Shown piece by piece: positions 18,974-28,301 of a DNA stretch of 64,000 bases. Source of the stretch: Treponemataceae bacterium (lineage in GTDB: Bacteria; Spirochaetota; Spirochaetia; Treponematales; Rectinemataceae); assembly GCA_963678065.2 (NCBI GenBank), contig CAXXVZ010000003.1, positions 224,001-288,000 on the forward strand. The letters are read 5' to 3'. Each line of letters begins with the position of its first letter. Position 1 is the stretch's first letter. The notes beneath the pieces were generated by a model. It was not told the origin of the DNA, did no database searches, and worked only from the letters and a program-made list of their open reading frames with translations. The translations under genes and the position numbers were made by a program.

Positions 18974-20191
18974 CTGAAATCCACACTTCTGCACGACTGG
19001 CATCTGGCCCACGGGGCCACGATGGCACCCTTCGCGGGCTTTGACATGCCCATACGCTACCCGAAAGGCTCCGTCGAGGAGCACCTCATTACGCGCCGCT
19101 CGGTCGGACTCTTCGACATCGACCACATGGGTCAGCTCGAAGTATCCGGTCCCGGCGCCGACGAGTTCGTCGACGCCACGGTGAGTTCGAAAATCTCCGA
19201 CATGGTCCCCGGCGAGGCCCGCTACTCCCTTCTTCTCGACGAATCCGGCCTCGTCCTCGACGACCTCTTCGTCTACCGCCTTCCCTTCTCCTGGTGGATC
19301 GTCGTCAACGCCGGCAACCGCGACGCCGACTTCGCCTGGTTCAAATCCCGCGCCCCGCGGGGAGTCTCTGTCGTCGACCACTCGGACGCAGCCTACATGA
19401 TCGCGGTCCAGGGGCCGCGCGCGCTGGAACTTTTGGACGCGGTGGCGAAGCCCTGCACCGCCTCCGTCATCCCCGGCGCGATCATAGCCCGCAGCGCCAG
19501 CGGAGCTGGTGAGGTCAGCGGAGCTGGCGGCACCAACGAGGTTGGTGAAGTCAGCGCCATGAAGGCCGTCTCCTCCATCGCCCGCTTCTGGTGGGCCAAC
19601 ATCGAGATCGAGGGCGTCCCCATCCTCTTCGGCCGCACAGGCTACACGGGCGAGGACGGCGGTGAACTCTTCTATCCCGCCGTCCAGGCTGTAAAGATTT
19701 GGGAACTCCTCCTCGATAAGGGCCGCGAACTCGGCATCGAGACCGAGGCCATCGGGCTTGGCGCGCGCGATTCCCTGCGCTTCGAGGCCGGAATGCCGCT
19801 CCACGGCCACGAGATCAGCCCGTCGATCAACCCGATCGAGGCCGGCTTCAAGTGGGCCTGCGACTTCACGAAAGACTTCACCGGCAAGTCCGCCCTCGAG
19901 TCCATAGTCGCCTCGGGGCCGGGCCGCAAACTCGTCGGCCTCGACGTGACGGGCGGCGTCCCCCGCGAGGGCTACGAGGTCGCGACCGCCTCCGGCGAAA
20001 TCGTCGGCCAGGTCGTCGCGGGGATGTTCTGCCCCACGGTCAAGAAGTATGCCGCCAACGCCTTCGTCCGTCCCGAGTTCGCAAAAATCGGGACCGAGCT
20101 CGCCGTCATCATCCGCGGACAGGCCAAGAAGGCCGCGGTCGTCAAACGCCCCCTCTACCTTCCTGCCTATCGCAGGACAGGCGAAAAATAA
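18974..20191 (+). CDS. gcvT: glycine cleavage system aminomethyltransferase T
   Basis: GLFDIDHMG, VVNAGN, RTGYTGEDG, GLGARDSLRFEAG; probable CTG start 6 nt after AAGGAGG. Confidence 0.95.
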   Translation: MKSTLLHDWHLAHGATMAPFAGFDMPIRYPKGSVEEHLITRRSVGLFDIDHMGQLEVSGPGADEFVDATVSSKISDMVPGEARYSLLLDESGLVLDDLFVYRLPFSWWIVVNAGNRDADFAWFKSRAPRGVSVVDHSDAAYMIAVQGPRALELLDAVAKPCTASVIPGAIIARSASGAGEVSGAGGTNEVGEVSAMKAVSSIARFWWANIEIEGVPILFGRTGYTGEDGGELFYPAVQAVKIWELLLDKGRELGIETEAIGLGARDSLRFEAGMPLHGHEISPSINPIEAGFKWACDFTKDFTGKSALESIVASGPGRKLVGLDVTGGVPREGYEVATASGEIVGQVVAGMFCPTVKKYAANAFVRPEFAKIGTELAVIIRGQAKKAAVVKRPLYLPAYRRTGEK

Positions 20192-20212
20192 ACGACACAC
20201 AAGGAGAACACA

Positions 20213-20587
20213 ATGAACGCGAATATCCGCTACCAGAGCTCGCACGAATACGCCCGAAAAGAGGGCTCGGAAATTGTCGCCGGTATCTCCGAACATGCCC
20301 AGGCCGAGCTCGGGGACATCGTCTTCGTCGAGCTGCCCCCGGTCGGCAAGACTATCGCGAAGGGCGAGACCTTCGGCGTCGTCGAGTCAGTCAAGGCCGC
20401 CTCCGATCTCTATATGCCGATGTCCGGCACCGTCACCGCGGTCAACGCCGATCTCGAGGGAGATCCTGCCCTCGTCAATAAGGACTGCATGGGCTCTGGC
20501 TGGATGATCCGCTTTGCCCCGACGAATCCCTCCGAGTGGGAAAGCCTCCTCGACGAAGCCACCTACGAGTCTCAGGCCTCCGCATAA
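20213..20587 (+). CDS. gcvH: glycine cleavage system H protein
   Basis: LGDIVFVELP and lipoyl motif VESVKAASD. Confidence 0.97.
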   Translation: MNANIRYQSSHEYARKEGSEIVAGISEHAQAELGDIVFVELPPVGKTIAKGETFGVVESVKAASDLYMPMSGTVTAVNADLEGDPALVNKDCMGSGWMIRFAPTNPSEWESLLDEATYESQASA

Positions 20588-20605
20588 GCCGGCAAGGAGT
20601 ACGAC

Positions 20606-22009
20606 GTGCCCTTCATCGCCAATTCTGATGCCGACCGCGAGGCCATGCTCGCCGCGATCGGCCTCGGCTCGATCGACGAACTCTTCGCCGACATCCCCGC
20701 CTCGCGCCGCTTCCCCGAACTCGCGCTGCCGAAAGGTCTCTCCGAACTCGAGGTTCTGCGCGAGATCGAGATCCTCTCGTCCAAAAACCTCACTTCCGGT
20801 TGCTCAGCCTGGTTCCTCGGCGCCGGAGCCTACAACCACTTTATCCCCGCTCTCGTGCCGGCCCTCGCGAGCCGCGGCGAGTTCCTCACGGCCTACACTC
20901 CCTACCAGCCCGAAGTCTCGCAGGGCACTCTGCAGGCCATCTTCGAGTACCAGAGCATGGCCGCGAAGCTCTTCGGGGTCGACGTCGTCAACGCCTCCCA
21001 CTACGACGGGGCGACAGCTCTCGCCGAGGCCGTCCTCATGGCCTGGAAGAACGCCTCGGGACGCAACCTCGTTCTCGTGAGCGCCGACCTCCACCCCGAA
21101 TATCGCGCCGTCCTCGATACGTATTTCCAGGCCTTCCCCGTGCGCTTCCTCACGTACGAAGGAAGCCCTGCCGCGGCCATGGCCGGTCTCGACGAATCGA
21201 CGAAGTCAGAGGCCTCGGAGTCGATTTCGTCGACAGTCTGCGCCCTCGTCGCGAGCTACCCCGGCTTTTCGGGCCAGATTCCCGACATGGCAGCCGCCGC
21301 CGAGGCTGTCCACGCCGCGGGAGCCCTCTTCATCGTCCAGACCGACCCACTGATGTGCGCCATCCTGAAGAGCCCCGGCGAACTCGGCGCCGACATTGTC
21401 ACGGCCGAGGGCCAGAGCCTCGGCAACGCTATGAGCTACGGCGGTCCCTTCCTCGGCATGATGGGAGCCACTTCCAAACTCGTGCGCAAGATGCCCGGCC
21501 GCATCGTCGGCGAGGCGAAGGACCACTCGGGCCGCCGCGGCTTCGTTCTCACTCTCACCGCGCGCGAGCAGCACATCAGGCGCGAGAAGGCCGTCTCCAA
21601 CATCTGCTCCAACCAGGGCCTCGTGATGCTCCAGACTTGCATCCACCTCGCCGCCATGGGCAAGACGGGCCTCGCGGCCGCAGCCAGACTCTGCTGGAAC
21701 AAGGCCCACTACGCGGCCAGTCTCATCGCCGTCATTCCCGGCTTCTCGCTCGCGACGAAGGATTTCTTCAAGGAGTTCACGGTCCGTTGTCCCACACCTG
21801 CGGCCGCTCTCGCCGAAAAACTCACGGACCAGGGCATAGTCCCCGGGCTCCCCGTAAGCCGCTATTATCCCGACAGGCCGAACGACCTCGTGGTCTGCGT
21901 GACCGAGATGAACACCCGCGCCGAGATCGAGCGCCTGGCCGACGCACTCGCCGCCGTTTCCGGCGCCGCTGGTACCGCCGCCGCTTCTCCGCAGGAGGCC
22001 CGCCCATGA
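20606..22009 (+). CDS. gcvPA: glycine dehydrogenase subunit 1
   Basis: FLGAGAYNH, TAYTPYQPEVSQG, SHYDGATA, REQHIRREKA; GTG start with AAGGAG RBS. Confidence 0.96.
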   Translation: MPFIANSDADREAMLAAIGLGSIDELFADIPASRRFPELALPKGLSELEVLREIEILSSKNLTSGCSAWFLGAGAYNHFIPALVPALASRGEFLTAYTPYQPEVSQGTLQAIFEYQSMAAKLFGVDVVNASHYDGATALAEAVLMAWKNASGRNLVLVSADLHPEYRAVLDTYFQAFPVRFLTYEGSPAAAMAGLDESTKSEASESISSTVCALVASYPGFSGQIPDMAAAAEAVHAAGALFIVQTDPLMCAILKSPGELGADIVTAEGQSLGNAMSYGGPFLGMMGATSKLVRKMPGRIVGEAKDHSGRRGFVLTLTAREQHIRREKAVSNICSNQGLVMLQTCIHLAAMGKTGLAAAARLCWNKAHYAASLIAVIPGFSLATKDFFKEFTVRCPTPAAALAEKLTDQGIVPGLPVSRYYPDRPNDLVVCVTEMNTRAEIERLADALAAVSGAAGTAAASPQEARP

Positions 22010-23442
22010 ACCTCGCACCCGAAGCCCTTGTATACGAACTTTCGAGCTCAGGTCGCGTAGCCTGCGCCATGCCGCACTGCGACGTCCCCGAGACGCCCAT
22101 CCCCGCGAATCTCGCCCGCGAAGAACTTCCCCTCCCAGAACTGGACGAGCTTACGGTGGTCAGGCACTTCACGCGTCTTTCCCAAAAGAATTACTCCATC
22201 GACACTCACTTCTACCCCTTGGGCTCCTGCACGATGAAATACAACCCCAAGGCCAACGAGTACGCGGCGGGCCTCCCCGGTTTCCGCCACATCCACCCAC
22301 TCGCTCCGGAATCCCAGTGCCAGGGCGCCATCGGCCTCATCTGCAGGCTCCAGGAGTCCCTCGCCGAGATCGGCGGCTTCGCCGGCTGCAGCCTCCAGCC
22401 CGCCGCCGGAGCCCACGGGGAACTCGCCGGCGTCCTCATCATCCGCGCCTACCACCTCGCGCGCGGCGACGCCAAGCGCAACGTCATCCTCATCCCGGAC
22501 TCGGCCCACGGTACAAACCCCGCCTCCTGCACGATGGCCGGCCTCATCGCGAAGACGATTCCCTCCAACGCGGAAGGGGAGGTCGACCTCGAAGCCCTGA
22601 AAGCGTCGCTCGATGACACCGTCGCGGGCATCATGATCACGAACCCGAACACCCTCGGCATCTTCGACCGCAACATCGAAAAGATCGCGGATCTCGTGCA
22701 CGCCTCAGGCGGTCTCGTCTACGGCGATGGCGCCAACATGAACGCCCTCACGGGCATCTTCAAGCCCGGCGAAGCCGGCATCGACGTGATGCATTTCAAT
22801 CTGCACAAAACCTTCTCGACGCCCCACGGCGGCGGAGGCCCCGGCGCGGGCTTTGTGGGCGTGCGCTCCGACCTCGTGCGATTCCTCCCCGGCCCGATCG
22901 CGTCGCGCAAGGCCGACGGAAACTACGCGATGGTCATGCCGGAATCGAGCATCGGCCGCATGAAATCCTTCTACGGCAACTTCGGCGTCCTCGTGCGCGC
23001 CTACACCTACGTGAAAATGCTCGGCTCCGACGGCCTCCGACGCCTGGCCGAAAACGCGGTCCTGAACGCGAACTACATCAAGGCCCGCCTCTCGGGCGTC
23101 TACCCCGAGCCCTACAAGCGCACCTGCATGCACGAGTTCGTCACGGCCGGCAACCTCGCTCCGGGCATCCACACCCTGGACATCGCCAAACGCCTCATCG
23201 ACTACGGCTTCCACCCGCCCACCATCTACTTCCCCCTCATCGTGGGCGAAGCCATCATGATCGAGCCGACCGAGACCGAATCCAAAGCCACCCTCGACTC
23301 CTTCATCGACGCGATGCTCTCCATCGCCGCCGAGGCCACCACCAACCCAGCCCTCCTCCACGACGCCCCCGCGACCACCCCCGTCGGCCGCATGGACGAA
23401 GTCGCCGCCGCCCGCAACCCGGTGTTGTGTTATAAGGGCTGA
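22006..23442 (+). CDS. gcvPB: glycine dehydrogenase subunit 2
   Basis: YPLGSCTMKYNPK, SAHGTNPAS, NLHKTFSTPHGGGGPG, IEPTETES; ATGA overlap with gcvPA. Confidence 0.96.
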   Translation: MNLAPEALVYELSSSGRVACAMPHCDVPETPIPANLAREELPLPELDELTVVRHFTRLSQKNYSIDTHFYPLGSCTMKYNPKANEYAAGLPGFRHIHPLAPESQCQGAIGLICRLQESLAEIGGFAGCSLQPAAGAHGELAGVLIIRAYHLARGDAKRNVILIPDSAHGTNPASCTMAGLIAKTIPSNAEGEVDLEALKASLDDTVAGIMITNPNTLGIFDRNIEKIADLVHASGGLVYGDGANMNALTGIFKPGEAGIDVMHFNLHKTFSTPHGGGGPGAGFVGVRSDLVRFLPGPIASRKADGNYAMVMPESSIGRMKSFYGNFGVLVRAYTYVKMLGSDGLRRLAENAVLNANYIKARLSGVYPEPYKRTCMHEFVTAGNLAPGIHTLDIAKRLIDYGFHPPTIYFPLIVGEAIMIEPTETESKATLDSFIDAMLSIAAEATTNPALLHDAPATTPVGRMDEVAAARNPVLCYKG

Positions 23443-23478
23443 AAACTTTTACCTGGTTTTTCATTACATGCGAAGCGC

Positions 23479-23519
23479 AAAGAGCTACCCCTCCGAAGAG
23501 GAAGGGGTAGCTCTTTTTT
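23479..23519 (+). terminator. rho-independent terminator of the gcv operon
   Basis: AAAGAGCTACCCCT-loop-AGGGGTAGCTCTTT plus T tract. Confidence 0.85.
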
Positions 23520-23742
23520 CTGTGATATCAGAGCTTCGTTGGGGTCTGCATATTTCCATTCCTACCCTGGTCGCAGAAGCTCCGCAGAGGTGGTTTTCAT
23601 ATCCGACCCCGCCTCGGCGAATACTGAAGGTGAATTCTCCCATTCGGATTGTATGAGGTCAAGATCATCCCGCAACATAGGTTCAGGTAATACTGAAATG
23701 AATATTTTTATACGAAATTTGACATTTTATTGCAGTTTTCGC

Positions 23743-23771
23743 TTGAAGCAAGAAAAATCTCATGCTAACAT
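23743..23771 (+). promoter_or_regulatory. candidate promoter at the island's left edge
   Basis: TTGAAG-17 nt-TAACAT with extended TG; overlapped by a perfect palindrome. Confidence 0.45.
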
Positions 23772-23798
23772 CGTTCAATAGTTGAACGATGTTAGCAT
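23762..23798. repeat. perfect 37-bp palindrome (17-bp arms, TAG loop)
   Basis: ATGCTAACATCGTTCAA-TAG-TTGAACGATGTTAGCAT. Confidence 0.95.
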
Positions 23799-23981
23799 CC
23801 CATACGGGAGCGCGTTTCGGCCGCCTCGTATGGAAAGAAAAATGTATCAAGGATGGGATTGGCGTCAGGTCCAGAATGCACCTGAAATTTATTCGGGCCA
23901 AGTCACAATTAGTGTGACGAACGCCGAACAAGTTCGCATCTTGCATTCTCGGGCTGAGTCATAGTATAGTGGACCCATTAT

Positions 23982-24887
23982 TCAAGACGCCATTTTCTCA
24001 GAATAGACTTGATGAGCATCGACGATGCTGCGTAACCCAGCACCATAGACAGAGTCGGGTGTTTTCCCGAAAAGAGATTGGTGCGGTCTGAAAGAATTGT
24101 ACTTCACGATGTAGTCGTTGATTCTCGATCTGCATTCGTTCACATCGGCATACTCCATGAGGTAAATTTCCTCATACTTCAGGCTACGCCAGAACCTCTC
24201 GATCATGATGTTGTCCAAAGCCCGCTTTTTACCGTCAGTGCTTATCCTGATCCCGGCATCCGAAAGTTTCTGAGTGAAAGCGGGACTGGTGAATTGCGAT
24301 CCTTGATCGGAGTTGAAAATTGCCGGTGCCCCATACCGGTTCAGTGCATGATCAAGTGCCGACAGACAGAATAGTTTGTCCATCGTGATTGAGAGTTCCC
24401 AGGACAGGATCTTTCGCGAATACCAGTCCATAATCGCGACAAGATATGCAAATCCATGCTTGAGACGAATATAGGTGATATCGGTACACCACACCTGATT
24501 TGCATGCACTATTTCCATTCCAACCAATAAATACGGATGGATTCCCGCTTCAGGATTCGGTCGGGACGTAGTTCCCTTCGGATAGAGTGCCTGGATACCC
24601 ATGAGGCGCATAAGCCGTTGTATTCGTTTGCGATTCACGTCATGACCTTCCTCGCGTAGTCTGTCCCGCATCTTCCGGGATCCCCATGCGGGATTGTCGG
24701 TATACAGTTCGTCTATTCGACGCATGTACATCAGATTTTCTTCCGTTTCTCCTTGTGCACCATAGTAATATGTCGATCGATGAAGCTCGACCAAGGCGCA
24801 TTGCTCAGTGATACTCAACTCAGTGTGCGCCATGATCAGGGCTCTTCGTTCGGTAATCGGGAGATCCTGAGACTTTTTTTTAACCAA
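23982..24887 (-). CDS. IS3 transposase OrfB (DDE integrase core)
   Basis: WCTDITYI, FNSDQGSQF, DNIMIERFWRSLKYE. Confidence 0.93.
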   Translation of the reverse strand: MVKKKSQDLPITERRALIMAHTELSITEQCALVELHRSTYYYGAQGETEENLMYMRRIDELYTDNPAWGSRKMRDRLREEGHDVNRKRIQRLMRLMGIQALYPKGTTSRPNPEAGIHPYLLVGMEIVHANQVWCTDITYIRLKHGFAYLVAIMDWYSRKILSWELSITMDKLFCLSALDHALNRYGAPAIFNSDQGSQFTSPAFTQKLSDAGIRISTDGKKRALDNIMIERFWRSLKYEEIYLMEYADVNECRSRINDYIVKYNSFRPHQSLFGKTPDSVYGAGLRSIVDAHQVYSEKMAS

Positions 24888-25144
24888 TCAATCTGTACTT
24901 TCTGGTGCCCAACCGTTTTGTAGAGCTCTTCTCGTTCTTCTTCTATCCGTTTGGCATCACGTTCTGCTACACTGGCGAACACGTCGGTCCCATGCTCGAG
25001 CAATTGCCGTTTCCATTCGCTTATCTGCTGGGGATGCACTCCATACTCCGTTGCGAGTTCACTGATCTGCTTCTGCCCTTTTATCGCTTCAACTGCGATC
25101 GTGAACGTGAGTTGGGCAGTTCTCCGGATGCGATGTTCTCCCAT
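24836..25144 (-). CDS. IS3 transposase OrfA (HTH)
   Basis: ELATEYGVHPQQISEWKRQ HTH; ends at WLKKS frameshift site. Confidence 0.9.
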   Translation of the reverse strand: MGEHRIRRTAQLTFTIAVEAIKGQKQISELATEYGVHPQQISEWKRQLLEHGTDVFASVAERDAKRIEEEREELYKTVGHQKVQIDWLKKSLRISRLPNEEP

Positions 25145-25258
25145 GATTCCCCCCGTTCATCATTGAACAGCAACTTTCCTCTGCTGTCCAGTTTTCGGGG
25201 TCCACCATAGACCGCCACCTTTGGTGGCGGTCTATGACTCCTATTTCCCCTCATACTA

Positions 25259-26475
25259 GTACTCCGTCACATTTAAATTTATAATATAACCTCAAGGTGT
25301 GGTGTACTCTTTCTAAGGGGTATAGCCATGCCAGTCATCAAATATCGAGTGGTTCTGACCGATGCAGAGAGAAAGAAACTCATCACCATAACTTCAAAGG
25401 GTTCATCTACCGCCAAAATGATCATGCATGCACAAGTCCTACTGTCCGCTGATGAAAGCGGCGGCAGGAAGCTCAGTGAAAAGGAAATAGCCAGTCGCCT
25501 TTCGGTCAACTTCCAAACGGTCCATAGCATCCGTAAAACCTATGCTCTCTCAGGCTTGGATGCTGCTCTTGGAAGGAAGAAACGCTCGACTCCTCCAATC
25601 ACTCCCAAGATTACCGGGGATGTTGAAGCCAAAATCATTGCCCTGAGTTGCAGTTCGCCGCCAGAAGGCAGAAGTCGGTGGACGTTACGACTTTTGGCCG
25701 ATAGAGCTCATCGAGCTTCAGATCGTCGAGAGCATTTCCCATGAAACCATTCATAGAACGTTAAAAAAAACGAATTGAAGCCGCATCTGCGTACATGCTG
25801 GGTCATCCCGCCCCAGCAGAACGCAGCATTCGTCGCCTGTATGGAGGATGTACTGGAAGTATATCAACAGCCCTACAATCCTGAGTTTCCCCTCATCTGC
25901 ATGGACGAGAAGCCCTACCAACTTCTTGACGAGACGCGCGAGTCAATTCCCATGAAGAAGGGAACCAGCGCACGACAGGACGGCGAATATATCCGGAATG
26001 GGACCTGCTGCATCTTTTTGTTCACGGAACCCCTGACTGGCTGGCGACATACCAATCCACGGGAACACAGAACCAAAGTCGAGTGGGCGAATCAAATCCG
26101 ACATCTGCTTGAAGTTGAATACTCCGAATGCAAGAAAGTGCGGCTGGTCATGGACAATCTGAATACTCATTCGGTGTCATCGCTCTATGAGGCGTTTTCT
26201 CCTAAGATCGCGCGGAACTTGGCCAGACGGCTTGAGATTCACTTCACTTCCAAGCATGGAAGTTGGCTGAATAGTGCAGAAATTGAATTAAGCGCGGTGA
26301 GCAAACGGTGCTTGGATCGAAGGATCGATACCATTGGTACGTTGGCTGCGGAACTTCTGGCTTGGGAAACACATCGCAATACTTTGCAGAAGGGCGTCGA
26401 CTGGCAGTTTACTACTCAGGATGCCCGGATCAAGCTCAAGAGACTTTATCCACAGATTAAGATGTGACAAAGTAC
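25259..26475 (+). mobile_element. IS630-family element, transposase inactivated
   Basis: IRs GTACTCCGTCACAT / ATGTGACAAAGTAC with TA duplication; orfA 25328- and orfB -26467 (CMDEKP, VMDNLNTH, GSWLNSAEIE); A8 programmed shift 25763-25770 plus an extra G near 25706 that breaks orfA. Confidence 0.9.
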
Positions 26476-26499
26476 TAGAGTGCGAATAGGTAACTATCC

Positions 26500-26962
26500 T
26501 CATGGTCTCATTGGCTGCAAATTTAGCAAAACTATAAGATGGAACATACTTTTCTTCTTGAATATTTCGTTCTCGAGGTCATGACCTGTTCAGCAGTTAC
26601 TAAATCTTTCATTAGTATGACAACGTGAGTTACAATATTACCCAATGAATACAAGGTAAATTCATAAGTCATGTTGTGCTAAATACGAAAGAATTAGTAA
26701 TATCCTGGATGTTCAGCCCAATTCTGCTGCATTGTTCTACCGCAACATACGTCAAATTATAGCTTTTCACCTTGCCCAAGAAGCAGCTGAAGTATTCAAT
26801 GGTGAAGTAGAAATTGATGAGAGCTACTTCGACGGTATTCGTAAAGTCAAATGGGGTCGAGGTGCAGCGGGAAAAGTTGTCGTATTCGGCATGCTAAAAC
26901 GGCATGGTAAGGTTTTGACGGTCGTTGTGGATAATACCAAGACAAAGACCTTAATGAATTAA
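26500..26962 (+). pseudogene. IS1595-family (IS1016-like) transposase remnant
   Basis: EYFVLEV..SA | NILDVQPNSAALFYR...EVEIDESYF..GRGAAGKVVVFG; split by a 98-bp insertion and truncated. Confidence 0.82.
26600..26697. mobile_element. 98-bp MITE with TA target duplication
   Basis: Imperfect long terminal IRs (CTAAATCTTTC..ACAACGTGAGTTA / TAAGTCATGTTGT..GAAAGAATTAG); removing it plus one TA restores the IS1016-like reading frame. Confidence 0.75.
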
Positions 26963-27014
26963 ATTATGGAACACCTAAAGAGCAATTAAAATACCATTAT
27001 CAATAGGATTATAT

Positions 27015-28301
27015 GTGAGAATAATAGATTCATTTATACGTAAACAAAAAGGTTTGTCACCTGATAGCAAGTCTGTACTCACCTTAGTTGGAGGTACAAC
27101 TATTGCTCAAGTATTAAATTTCCTTTTTGCTCCTGTAACCACTAGATTATTTACCCCAGAGGTTTTTGGAGATTTATCTGTCTTCACATCTATTACAGGT
27201 ATTGTCGGAATAATCGTTTGCTTGAGGTATGAACTTGCAATTATCCTACCTCAAGATGATGATGAAGGATTTTCTCTTTTAAAACTTTCTTTTATTTTTG
27301 CTGCGATAGTATCTATAGCGACTGGTTTCATTTTTCTTTTTTGGGGTAAAGCTATCTATACAGCATTCGGAGCAAAAAACTTAACAATATATTGGTATTA
27401 TGTACCGATAATCCTATTCCTGATAGGAGTTATTCAAGCATCGAATTACTGGTTGACGCGTACACGGCAATTTATAATACTTTCATGGAACAAAGTTATC
27501 CCTGTACTTGTTATCAATACAGTATCTTTAGGCCTTGGTTTTGCTGGTTATAGAGATGTTGGAGCCCGGATTTTTGCGATTTTGATTAGTAATATTGCTA
27601 ATATTGTGGTTATTGCTAAAGCAATTATTCCAAATTTTAAATATAATAACCATTCTACAAAATATCCCCGTAAAGAATTAATAAAAAGTTATAAAAATTT
27701 TTTAGTTTATGACATTTGGGGAGCGCTTCTTAATAATCTTTCGTGGATGATAATTCCTATACTTATGAATACTTATTATGGGAGAAATGCTGCTGGGCAG
27801 TATTCGATCAGTTTGCGAATAATCCAAATACCGGCTAGTATAATTGGAGTGTCAATATCACAAGTATTTTTAAAAACAGCAAATGAAGAGAAGTATAATA
27901 AAAAGTTATATTTTTACTGTATAAAAATGTCTAAAAAATTATGTATATACACAGCACCAATTGCGATAATATTACTTATTTTAAGTAAGCCTCTTTTTCT
28001 TTTTCTTTTTGGTGAAAATTGGGGCGTTGCTGGAAGGTATACACAAATTTTGGTACCTTGGTCATTACTTTGGTTTATTGCGAGTCCTCTTTCTAGTGTA
28101 TATACAATTTGTCAGAAACAAAATTTATTTTTATTCATTTCGATATTAAATCTTTTAACAAGGCTTTTATCTCTTTATGTTGGCAAAATGCTTGGTAATG
28201 ATATATTAGGAATAATTTTGTTTTCTGCATCTGGATTCATTGTTTATGGTATTAGTCTATTAATAATTTTTAATATAGCAAAAAGGAATGATAATACCTG
28301 A
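27015..28301 (+). CDS. wzx: Wzx oligosaccharide flippase
   Basis: GTTIAQ, TRLFTPEVFG, LRYELAIILP, AGQYS, LFGENW; about 12 TM; stop codon supplied by the IS1380 end. Confidence 0.9.
   Translation: MRIIDSFIRKQKGLSPDSKSVLTLVGGTTIAQVLNFLFAPVTTRLFTPEVFGDLSVFTSITGIVGIIVCLRYELAIILPQDDDEGFSLLKLSFIFAAIVSIATGFIFLFWGKAIYTAFGAKNLTIYWYYVPIILFLIGVIQASNYWLTRTRQFIILSWNKVIPVLVINTVSLGLGFAGYRDVGARIFAILISNIANIVVIAKAIIPNFKYNNHSTKYPRKELIKSYKNFLVYDIWGALLNNLSWMIIPILMNTYYGRNAAGQYSISLRIIQIPASIIGVSISQVFLKTANEEKYNKKLYFYCIKMSKKLCIYTAPIAIILLILSKPLFLFLFGENWGVAGRYTQILVPWSLLWFIASPLSSVYTICQKQNLFLFISILNLLTRLLSLYVGKMLGNDILGIILFSASGFIVYGISLLIIFNIAKRNDNT

Larger units (their letters stand above)
23965..25209 (-). mobile_element. 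IS3-family element, complete
   Basis: Ends TATAGTGGACCC / GGGTCCACCATA; orfA-orfB joined by an A8 slippery run (T8 at 24874-24881). Confidence 0.93.

Noticed and set aside
20800..23442. 880-aa ORF as a fused GcvP
   Set aside because: The part before 22006 is an alternative frame of gcvPA; gcvPB has its own AGGAGG RBS and an ATGA overlap
23782..23964. Short ORF (MERKMYQGWDW...) after the palindrome
   Set aside because: No convincing RBS or recognisable motif; cannot be supported
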